The notes under the pieces: generated by a model
Told to the model about the DNA's origin: nothing
Databases searched by the model: none
The model's input: only the letters and a program-made list of their open reading frames with translations
Source: Asterionella formosa
Taxonomy: Eukaryota
Assembly (NCBI GenBank): GCA_002256025.1
Contig: NKIB01000071.1
Location: 1-35,515 of the forward strand
DNA length: 35,515 nt
Reading direction: 5' to 3'
Position numbers and translations under genes: made by a program
Shown here: in pieces, positions 23,925-34,548 of the stretch
Layout: the number at the start of each line of letters is the position of its first letter
How positions within the stretch are numbered: the stretch's first letter is position 1

Positions 23925-24330
23925 GACCGGTACCTGGTACCTGGTACCAGGTAGTCTTTTTTAGAATACCGGTACATGGTATGGTAGACTACCCTGGTAC
24001 TGGTTTTCCGTACCCTGGTACCAGGTACCTTGTACTTGAGGTATTGGTACCAGGTCCGGCAGTCGACATACCGTCATTCGGTGTTCGTAGCTACTAGAAT
24101 AGTAGAGGCATTACTGGTAGTCTAGTCGACATAAATTTAACATTTAGAATTTGACACTCTGCCTGTGTGGTGATGGTTAGTTAGTCGTGTCTTCCTGTCG
24201 ACTGCCGATGTTTTAGTTGCTAAGACTGTCTACATACGTAGTTTGTTACATGAACGACACCTACCGGTACCGGTAGCAGGTACCAGGTACCAGATACTGT
24301 TATGGTACCGGTACCCGGTAGAACAGTGAA
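23925..24330. repeat. GGTACC/CCTGG/ACCGGT-rich low-complexity tracts upstream of the apyrase gene
   Basis: accggtacctggtacctggtaccaggtag, taccctggtaccaggtacc, taccggtaccggtagcaggtaccaggtaccag. Confidence 0.75.
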
Positions 24331-25255
24331 TACCAGAGCAGTTGCGGTCATTTTGCTTAAATCAACAATCTAATCTTGAATAAAGAAAACTAAACCTTTT
24401 GTTGAGCTAAATTATCACAACTTGCATGTCCCATTACTCCTACCAGGTCTCGGTACTCCAAAAGAAACGAAACCGAAAAGAAACACGACTGCGAAGGTTT
24501 GTGAATCTTCAAAGTCGAAGGATGAATCTTCTTTTATGTACTCGGTGAGCTCATTTCGTACCGGTACTCACAGTCAATGAGTCGAACGAGTCGACCCTGA
24601 TGTACCCAGCTCTGCCTCATCAACCACACATTAATCTGACTATAATGAGCCAGATGATATAAACTATCAAAATTTGAATTAAATCTATAGTTCATAAGCC
24701 ATCCACCAATTGCACTCGGGCCTGGGCCCAAATAAATGAACACAATTAGCACTTTTTTTCAGCTGCAACCCTCCCCCTCCAAACCCTAGGGACTACATGA
24801 AAATGACAGGTGGAGAACCCATAGTTTGAATTGAATGATCAATGGTTATAAACCTATGATAAGTAATTGTGAGAAAGACATGGGTCTATCTTGTGTCATG
24901 AAACCACCAACCCCAATAAACTGTCGATTTCAATGATATAAAAAATGTTCATATTTTTCAATATTCTTTTTAGAAATCAAAAAGAGTCATTTAGAATTTA
25001 GGTAGGAAATTTTCTATCATTGATAGAAATAATTATTAATTTGCTAGATATTTATTCAGAAAAGGAAACACGAATTCCCTGGACTAACTCAGCCTTTCTG
25101 CATTTTTGGACACTTTTGTGCAAAAAAGTGTAATGGACCGTGCACAGGGATCAGTATCATTTTTAATTGTCATTACAGTAAAATGGGGAACTTTCGTTTT
25201 TGTTCATTAGCCGCACCCCTGGAACCCTAGAGACTACCTGAAAAAGAAAGACAGG

Positions 25256-25320
25256 TGGAGAATGCAGGAATCGAACCCGCCACCTAGTATGAAGGCATGC
25301 TAACCAATAAGCAATCCCCC
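25256..25320 (-). pseudogene. tRNA-Ala-derived relic (pseudo-tRNA or SINE head)
   Basis: Minus strand GGGGGATTGCTTATTGGTTAGCATG...GGTGGCGGGTTCGATTCCTGCATTCTCCA has Ala-type ends and a B-box, but the D/anticodon region is shortened (65 nt). It is followed by a T-rich run. A more decayed copy with the same flank lies at ~24760-24820. Confidence 0.65.
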
Positions 25321-25479
25321 AGAACAAATTAGATACAATACATATATGATTGAATATGCATAGTAATTGAAATGTTTATATTTTAATTTGCGACGAAAAT
25401 AATTATACTTATTTTTAAGACCGATGATATATTGAAATAATATGATCATAGGATCATCATCACTACACAATACTGGAAA

Positions 25480-26220
25480 AGAATATGTGCAGTGCATCAA
25501 TCCAGATCTCATATGATATTTTGGTGATGTATAGATCAATGCATCGGTATACTTAGATCCTATTTGCAATGTGATGCTATCATATCAATTATTTGCTTTT
25601 ACTGTTTTTAAAATCGAACAAATAAATTAATATATTATAAGATTTATGATCAATCAATCTTATTGCTATGATGTATTGATAACACTTGTGTACCTATTTC
25701 ATCACATTAATTGTTATTGTATTATTTTAACATTATCATACTTTGATTAGAAATTTATCATAAACGTTATAATAAATGATCACAGTTTTTATGGTCAATT
25801 TATGATCTATATGTGATAGACATTCATATTTTGTTAATGCATGCATCGACATATCCCTATATTTGGTACTATTCGTAATATCATAATATATTATCAAACT
25901 TTCAATGTTTATTGGGAACTGCATCCTGCATACTATGGAGTATATGATACTGTAAGTCACTGCTGTACATACGTCTGCAGTATCATACTACCTGTAATGT
26001 ACACAACAAGTCGACAGTGTACATAATCACACGCTAAGTATGTTTGAGGCAACAGACAGCAGTTCCAACGAGCAAATGACGATATGGGTAACAACGTTTT
26101 CAGTGGCAAACCAAAATGATCATGATGAGTGACACTCATCCCTCTATTGATGATGACATGGATACCGGGTTTTCCAGAAGCAAACAACAATGATGAGAGC
26201 CACATGTCCTTCTATTGATA
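25480..26220 (+). repeat. AT-rich dispersed repeat, direct copy at ~31885-32620
   Basis: Collinear shared blocks: gcatcaatcca, tatacttagatcctat, ctatgatgtattgataacacttg, attgggaactgcat, gttccaacgagc, ccctctattgatga, gcaaacaacaatga. Confidence 0.88.
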
Positions 26221-27726
26221 GTCATCTGCAAATAAAAGTATCATGCATATAGGATCAAGGGTATTGTACGCTAAGTGGCACAGGATTTTCGTACATATGA
26301 TATGTTTTGGATCAAAACTATGATCAAGGTATCCTATAACTATGATGATTTATTAATATTTTACCGACCTTGAAGTATAATGTTAATAAGAACATTATCA
26401 TCACACAATGTTTATCAACTCATCAACAACATTTCTCATCAATATCATAAACCTTCTCATATTATTTTCACTTCTTGTGATTGCCAGATGTAAATTATCA
26501 CTACAACGCATCCTTAAATCAGCTAAACTCTATGCTATCATGTGAATTGTTTCATAGTAAATCTATCTAAAACAAGATCATAATTCTAATCACAAGCATT
26601 GTTCAAAATAGATTGTAATGGATCGTATTTAAATTAACAAATTTATCAATGATATTTCTGTTTCGACAGCTACCCGAGGAATGTTTCTCTCCTCTCCACT
26701 TGTCTCAATGTATATTGTTCCTGTCTCGCCCTTTTCTTCCTCTATTCTGAATCTTGTGCCAAGCATTGCCTACTAATGTTGCGTCTCTTTCCCTCCTGTT
26801 AGTGTCATTCTGAACTCGCCGACTATTCCGTTGTTTGATCGGTTTTATTGTCCTATGCAGTTACAGTAACAATGAGAAGGAATGACTTGTTAGCTAGACA
26901 TGCTACACTGACACAACATCACGCCATTCCATCGTATCCTACAGAAGTGAATAGGTCCAACGACAAGAGCACTTACCAATTTTGTTTTGTTTCACATCGG
27001 TGATCCCCAGAAACAAGCGAAACAAGCTATTGAATCAACTGAGAAAAAAGAAAATGTGCGTTTAGTTTACAATTTTTTGTTGTCCTGCCTCCCAACGATT
27101 GTCATCCAAGTACCACATAGATGGCTTCATTACCTTAAACATACTTCATCCTTCGAAGGCGCAATGTGTCGAAGCCACAATGTTTTTCGTTACTGCTTAA
27201 ACTTTCCTTGTCATATGCTGCACTACGATATTTCTTTTCATGAAGCAGGCATTGTTTATTTACATCATGACAGAGAGATTTCAAATATATTTGCCATGAA
27301 TATAGTTATAAAATTTGTAAATATATAAATATATCAAGTGTTGTACATTTATAAAATTTAAAGGCACTCTCAATATGGCATGTCTGGTATTGTTGAGATG
27401 ATCATATTAGCATACAGATAATTCGAACATATTCAATGCACCATAGGTCCATTGTTTTCCACGACTTCGTGTACCAGTACTGTTTCTGAAATTTTTTTGC
27501 ATCAATATTATCTACGTCCGTTACAACAAATTATTTAGGCCATTCCAGTGGTGTAAGTCATAACCCATTTTGTATCATTATTTATACGCAAGGATTTTGG
27601 TGGCAAATTATTTAAGCCCATTTTTTTGGCGGGAGTTCTTCATGTGTACCGGTACACCATTTGACAGTAACATTTTATCATATATATACAGAGTACCAGC
27701 AGCAGGTAGGAAGTGATATACTGGGG

Positions 27727-28072
27727 GTAGTCAGAGTAGTAAGCGAGAAACAGAACACAATATGTTCAGGACTGTTGCTACTGCAGCAGGACAGTAAATC
27801 ATCATAGTTTCAGGATTGTATGATCATAAAATTGAAAAAGGATAGTCGGAGTAGTAAGCGAGCAACAGAGCATCATATGTTCATGACTGGCTGTTGCTAC
27901 TGCAGCGGGACAGTAAATCATCAGAGTTTCAGGATTGAATAATCGTAAAATTGAAAGAGGGTAGTCGGAGTAGTAAGCAAGCAACAGAACACCATATGTT
28001 CAGGACTGTTGCTACTGCAGTGGGACAGTAAAGCATCATAGTTTCATGATTGTATAATCATATAATTGAAAA
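27727..28072. repeat. Tandem repeat, 3 x ~115-119 bp
   Basis: Units start at ~27727, 27841 and 27960: tagtc.gagtagtaagc...atatgttca.gact..gttgctactgcag..ggacagtaaa.catca.agtttca.gattg...aattgaaa. Confidence 0.92.
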
Positions 28073-28269
28073 CAAGATATGCCATTACTCAAAGTCAGTT
28101 CTGACTTTGATATGATAATGTAAATAGCACTGTTGGTTTTATGGTATCATATCTAGACAGCGTAAAATAATATATGTAGTGGCTGATGATTCATTTCATT
28201 GTAGCAACACCTGATTTTAAGATCATCGAACTTTAAGCAAGACAACGACAACAGTTATCTAGTAGCAAA

Positions 28270-29240
28270 TTGTCTTCAAAAAACCATAAAGAGGTTCATG
28301 GAAACAAGCGACATGTGGCAAATACTGCCGGTATGGAACAAAGAAGCAAGTACCAAGATGAGTTAACAAAGAAAAAGCGAATAGGCGATTATCCAAAGGA
28401 ACCCAATCGGCGACAGGGAGTTAGTGGGGGTACTACCCCATTGTCAATGGAGACACCATCAGCTACTAGTACAAAGGATCCCGTAATTAATACTGAAAGC
28501 GATGATGAGCGACGTTTCTTCTTCAGTTGTTGATACAAGAAAAATGGCTCCTGTCGTGATACCATTAATAACTCCCGGATGCAGATGGATGACATGGTAC
28601 CATATCATAAATTTTCTGATCACACGGAGCAACACGTACATGACAAACTGAGGGAAAAAAAATTTGCGCTTGCCAAAGGATATTATCAATTGGTCAATGA
28701 ACTCAATCACTACAAAGGTCGTAATTCGGTTCAAAACTCGTCCATGGGTTATCAAGAATCTTCAATTTCAGCAGCCTTATCAGAACGTCGTTCCCGCTTA
28801 GCTAAAATTGAACCGATCCATCAATTGTCATAAAGGTTGTGAGTTTTATTTTCAAGACCAAGAAGTTTTGCTGTGAAAATGTAAGTTTGATGTCATAGTT
28901 TGTGAATTACAGGTACTGTAAAACAGAGTATCCAATCTAATGTGCTTTTTTCTGTTCCAAAAAGAGAATCAAACATCCCGCCCTATCTGGTCCAAGTAGT
29001 ATGAAAGGCATTTCCAATCACAAACAGGATTGGTTTGCCCAATGTTGCCTAACTCGGCTATACATTATGAAACCAGAGTTAGGCAAAGAAGTGGAGAGTG
29101 ACCCAGAGCTTGCCGATTTCATATGGAATGGTTCTGATGCACTACTTCCGATGAATCAGACCATTTTTAGATACCTTTGACTCCAGAAAATACAGATAAT
29201 CGCATATTTCTTGTGGGGTACGTGTGTACAAATATTTCCA
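28270..29240 (+). pseudogene. Degraded intron-containing gene of unknown (probably TE-associated) origin
   Basis: Consecutive protein-like fragments (28270-28533, 28579-28833). A GTAAGT...CTAAT...AG intron-like stretch at ~28881-28964, then RIKHPALSGPSSMKG...PELGKEVESDPELADFIWNG with in-frame stops. Confidence 0.4.
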
Positions 29241-29293
29241 CAATTTAGTTGTCCATGTGTTTTCGGCAATCTCAATGGAATTGCAGTTTGCTT

Positions 29294-29445
29294 TGGCAAT
29301 TCCCACTCCAGCTATCGTCTTGCCATTTGGGTACTTCTAAGTAATTTTTAGGCTCTAAGTAATTTCTTAAGTAATTTTTATTTAGGGGCAATATGGGGAA
29401 CATCGAACTTTTCGGCATTAAAATTGCCGATTTTAGCATGACAGC
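29294..29445 (-). repeat. Inverted copy of the 6831-6953 repeat, with internal triplication of ctaagtaattt
   Basis: Reverse complement aligns with 6831-6953; lies ~240 bp downstream of the recombinase ORF. Confidence 0.85.
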
Positions 29446-29684
29446 CAGAATAATGGTAAATGTTGGTTTTTTCAATTGGTCAAAGAACACCATGGAGAAG
29501 AGGAGAAAATTTTTGACCATCGAAAAATTCACACAAAAATGATTGTAACATCAACGAGAAGATGATTCAAGTAGGGAGAGAGCGAAAGAAGAGAAAAGGA
29601 AAGGAATATAGATTGGGTGAGAAAACCGTCAACAAAATTATTTTTATCTTCAACATCATCAAAAACTTACATTCTGTTTTTTGC

Positions 29685-30551
29685 TCACATTATCACAGAA
29701 ATAAATTTTTCAATATGGAGGAAGAGGAGCTGGGGTAATAGTAAATTGATGTTGGTAAGGTTGAGGTGGATGGGTGTGTGTGTGCTGGAGTTGAAGCCGG
29801 CTGGTGGTGGTGGTTGACTGCTGGCCGGATGCAGCAGATGATAGTATGCTTGAGGAGGAGCAGGAGGAGGAGCATGGGAGTAGTACATTTGTTGTGGTGG
29901 CGCCGGCAGTGAATGAAAATATGGCTGCTGATAGGAATATGCAATGTTGTCGTGAGGGGGAAGGGGACCGGAATGGTGGATTGTTGCTTGTTGTGGAGGT
30001 GGCGGACCAGAACTGGTGTATATGTGTTGAGGTGTTTGAGGCGGAAGGGAGTAGTAGTGAACTGGAGCCGGAGCCACAGCCACAGCAGGAGGTGCCGCAG
30101 TAGCAGACATCAAAATAACTTTATAATCAACAGTAGGATCGTCAATTGGAGTTGAAATTCCAAAAGATTTGTTCAAATCAGGAGGAACAAATGCAAAGTC
30201 GGAAGTATAAATTTCGGGAGTTTCAAGCTGGTCCTTGGCATCTTCAAACTTCTCAAAAACTGCAATCCTTGCTTTATGCTGCATTTCCTTTGATTGGAGC
30301 TGGTACCTGGCATTTATTTCCGCTGATCCATGCCTGGATTTATCAAGAATAATCGTTGTAGGTAATGCAACACTAGAGTTGACAAGTGAAGAAATCATAC
30401 TCTTCCTCCTACCATGGGCAGTGCAACGAGCAGCATTATCCATGCCTGAAGCTGTAGCTAAGTCAACGCAAAGCCTAGTAGCATAGCCTTTACCAAAGTA
30501 GTCTCCCTTCTTGTGTCCTGCCTTGTATGTTAGCCCTAGCTTGCGTCGGTT
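29685..30551 (-). mobile_element. Tyrosine recombinase C-terminal exon (Crypton-like element), 5'-truncated, with P/Q/H/Y-rich tail
   Basis: Open frame from a splice acceptor at 30552 (branch point TTCTAAC upstream): ...FGKGYATRLCVDLATASGMDNAARCTAHGRRKSMISSLVNS...KSRHGSAEINARYQ, carrying H-x-x-R, second H and catalytic Y of the integrase family. The first catalytic Arg exon is not found. Confidence 0.72.
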
Positions 30552-30649
30552 CTTAGTACCAATTATACGAGAAGCAATGTAGATAGAGACGCATGTGAGT
30601 TAGAACATAGATATGCATATGATGCGCTATAGCGAGCTAAAATTGACAT

Positions 30650-31780
30650 TTACACCCGATGAGTGGGCAGTAGGTCAGCAAATGGCGCGACCTTAGCTAG
30701 TTTGTGAATTGCCTCAGCAATACCCTTCTCGGTGGCTACATGCCTTCTTGTACACATGTGTACTTGCAGGCATAAGACCACCTCGGGTGTGTATTGCCTT
30801 CAGCATAATAACTCTACACATTTCACATGCCGACTCTTCACAAAAGTAGCTGCCTTTGGGATTGTTGTCGATGATCTTACAAACAAATTCTTTTTCTTCT
30901 TCCATGTATGATTTGGAAAATGATTCAATTTTGTGCTTCAAACTTTGTTCCCAACTCAGTGCATCAACTGCCTTAGCCAGCATCACATCTCTGTCTGCAT
31001 TGATCTTCTTGAATTCGAGGTCTTGATCTAGCTCAGACTTTTTCTTGAATTTCTTGCTTTTCTTTTAGAAATGCAATAGTTTCTCTGCTTTCATGATGTT
31101 CATCTTGACGTTCTGGACGAATAGTGAGACATATTGTTTTTGCAACTTTTCAACCATTTCTACTACAGAAGTGATGTCTCCCACATTTCCGCCGGTATTT
31201 TTATTCATCGCATGAATTTGTTCATCAAATGAATGAGAATCACTGAGTTCTTCTTCGTTGTCAGCGATTTCAGGAGAAAGAGGAGCAAAATACAACACTG
31301 GATGGAACTGTGACTCTGTAGGAATAGAGTCTTCATCCGCGAAGAACAACTGTTTGGGTTTCCCTTCGAAAGCAATCTTTCCTTCTTTTCAATCGCTGCC
31401 ACTATTGAATCGGCATAGCTACTTAATTATTTTTTATTTTTTCTGGAGTATTATGAATTTGTACACATTCATCTGATCGCTCTTTGAGTGTATTTAAAGG
31501 AATCTTCGATTGATTTCATAAGTTCTTCATCTTCTTTTCCGAAAACATAAAGTTGTGTAGTGTAAAACAACGGAAGTAAGTCATGTTTCTTGTTTGACTG
31601 ATCCTTTCCAAGAAATCCCATGAAATGCCATTTGGAAAGTTGTCAAAGGGCCAGAAGGCTATGATGTAAAACAGTGGAAGGGAAAGGCGGAGCTTTTAGC
31701 GGCGCTTGTGGAGGTGCAACTGGTGTGATGGTAACCGAGTGTAGTAATTGTTGAACAGAGCACAGCAGTGTAATATGCAT
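30650..31780 (-). pseudogene. Degraded ORF of unknown function upstream of the recombinase exon
   Basis: Chain of fragments (31402-31205, 31349-31065, 30986-30714) broken by stops and frameshifts, ending ...IAEAIHKLAKVAPFADLLPTHRV*. Contains a C-x4-C-x2-C cluster. Confidence 0.45.
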
Positions 31781-31884
31781 GTTCCGCCAGCGTAGTGTTT
31801 ACACAATACATATGCCAGTACATATAGCTATAACAAGGAGAAACGACACGACAATGAACGTGATGGCTGGTTGTGGAGGATACC

Positions 31885-32825
31885 GGTATGTGATATGCAT
31901 CAATCCATATCACAAATCATATTATGGTGATGTACATATCATCGCATCTGTATACTTAGATCCTATCCACTGTATAATGCTATCAAATTAACTGTTGGCT
32001 TTTACTGTACACATGAAAAGTTGAATATATATATATATTAAGTAACATTTTATGATCAATTGATTCATTTTCTATGATGTATTGATAACACTTGCGTACA
32101 CATTTTATCTTATTTTATTATCATTGTATTATTTTAACATAATCATATTTTGATTAAAAATATATCATAAACATTTTAAAAAATCATCACAGTTCTATGA
32201 TCAATGCATCATAGCTATGTGATGTACTTTATTCAATATTACATATCATACTTTGGTGATGTATGCATTGATGTAACCCTATTGTGATATCACATTATCA
32301 TCTTATCAATCATTCAATGTTGATTGGGAACTGCATTCTGCATCGTACTACGGAGTATGATATTATAACGCACTTTAGTAGCTAAGTCACTCCTGTAATG
32401 TACACAAGTCAACAGTGCACATACACACACACTAATCAGGTTTGAGGAACAGACAGTGGTTCCAACGAGCGAATGATGATACCACAGGTACCAATTTTTC
32501 CAGCGGCAAACCGCAATGATGAAGGACACTTGTCCCTCTATTGATGAGGATGACATGGACACCGACTTTTCCAGGAGCAAACAACAATGAAGATACACAC
32601 CCACTTGTTGCTCTATTGATGGTAACAAAGGCATATGCGTACAAGTTCAACAGTGATTATAAGAACAACATACCAATGAAAACAAGTCGACAGTGTGTGT
32701 ATGCACACGCCAAGGAGGTTTGTGGCAACAGACAGTTCCATCAAGCAAATGACGATATGGATATCAAATATTTCCTACAAGCAAACAGCAATGAAGAGAG
32801 CCACTTGCTTTCGCTCTCTTGATGG
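31885..32825 (+). repeat. AT-rich dispersed repeat (copy of 25480-26220) plus internal partial duplication at ~32680-32825
   Basis: Collinear with 25480-26220; acaagtc.acagtg...caacagacag...gcaaatgacgatatgg...gcaaaca.caatga.gagagccac recurs at 32680-32825. Confidence 0.85.
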
Positions 32826-32959
32826 TATCAAAGATGCGGATAAATTCAAAAGTAAATACAAGTGCAGCATGCGAAATGCGGAAACGAGCGATATGAAAAA
32901 GAAATTGTAATCAAAATCATTCTATAACTAACTGATTTATTTATCCTGAAGGACAAGAA

Positions 32960-33948
32960 TGTCCTCAGGATCCTCCATTTATTGGTGAGCAATCCAAACG
33001 GTTGTGAAAGGAAATAGTCGTATGCATCTTTGTTTGTTGATTCCCTTTGATGCCATTGACTTCCAACAAATGGACAGAGCACTTGATCAGTCAATGTGTA
33101 AGCAGCATCCTCACTTACTATGTATTGTCCTTGATGAAGGTTGGATACAATCTGAAAAAGTTTTGTTCTTTCAAATGCCTTCTGACCTGGACATTTTCCT
33201 GGTGCCACAACACCAAAGTATAGGAAACAACAATTACTGTCGCAAACAGCTTGAACATTCAATCCATAAGACATTTAATGCCCAGACCAATATGCTTGAG
33301 TGAATCCTTGAATGAGGCCATCACAATCCTTTTTCCTTGGTTTAGCAATAGTCTGTAACTATCCATCTATAGTACCAATGCATCCACAAAATAGTCGCTG
33401 CTCGCTTTTTTCAAGGAATCCATTCATCACTGTTTGTCTCTCCTTATTTATTGTAGGTAATTTTATTGATAATGCTGTGCAGGAGTTCACCTCATCTTTA
33501 GTGATGTCATAAACAGATGGATAAGAACTTGGATAGACATGACAAATGTCTATGAGGTTTCCACCTGCAAGCCAGCAAAGGCCAATGGCAAGGATCAACT
33601 CAGGATAAATATGCTGATTTGAGCTGTATAAACCGGAACTTGCATTTGATTTGACAACATTAACTGTGATGGAAGGTCAAAGGAGTTCCAGTAGTTGATA
33701 GAAAGCTTCAAGAGACATGTGATATTCACAATGAAATCATGAAGACCCTTTGTGACATGCTCATTCCAGTGAATTCATTGATGTTCCCATTTTGGAATTT
33801 GCACTGGCTTCAAGTTTGGTCCATAGAGCTCCAAAAATGATAATGCAACTGCTGCACTTAACAAAAAGCTCTGTTGTTCTGCTTCCATATCATGATTGTC
33901 AATGACATCCCAACTGTCAGGTTCTTCCGGTTGATTTGTCATTGTCAT
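32960..33948 (-). mobile_element. Second PIF/Harbinger (HARBI1-like, DDE_Tnp_4) transposase pseudogene, different family from 3048-4560
   Basis: MSLEAFYQLLELL, LAIGLCWLAGG, LFCGCIGTIDG, GLNVQAVCDSNCCF, APGK, YIVSEDAAY, YFLSQ-FGLLTNKWRILR. Stops, frameshifts, an internal deletion and 3' truncation. Confidence 0.9.
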
Positions 33949-34548
33949 TACAGTTGTGATAGTTGAATAATTGACGCACACATTGCAAATATTTTTGCAG
34001 AGTCTGATGCACATGTTTGCAGAGACATAAAGAAAACGGCTAACTGTATTGCCATTACAGAGATATATTTGTGAAATGTATCTCTGGAAAATTTCCATTT
34101 TTTTTCCTGACAACAAAAAATAATTTGTGTCTCTGTTAAGATTGGCCCTACATACTTATCTTCACTCTCGTATTGACTTATATTCATATATACATCCCCC
34201 GTATTTCTTCGATATTTCGTCCCCCTTGAATATGTAGCCTTAATAAAAAGTGAATTGAATGTACCATGTCGTACCGGTATCCCCTCTTCGAAAATTGTCG
34301 CTTCGAGTTCCTCTTATTCATCGCATGGTTGCCCCTTCCAGTCCGTTTCTGTTGGTGGAACGAGAGTTCTAAACATCGAATTGTTGACTGTCCACTCGTC
34401 AGATAGAAGAATTAACAAGCGAAGAGCATTAAATAGAGTTGACTCTAAGTACAATTAATGAAACCCACGAGTTACTATTCCTTTTTATCCAAACTCAAGA
34501 ACCATTGTCCTGCAAACTGAATAAACAAGCACAGCTGGTATCGTCACT

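Noticed and set aside
25256..25320. Functional tRNA-Ala gene
   Set aside because: Only ~65 nt, and the D and anticodon arms cannot form properly.
26640..27660. Possible Helitron or other TE coding relic
   Set aside because: No Rep/helicase or other diagnostic motif could be read in any frame.
27727..28072. CRISPR or coding repeat
   Set aside because: Whole ~115-bp units are repeated with no unique spacers and no sustained ORF.
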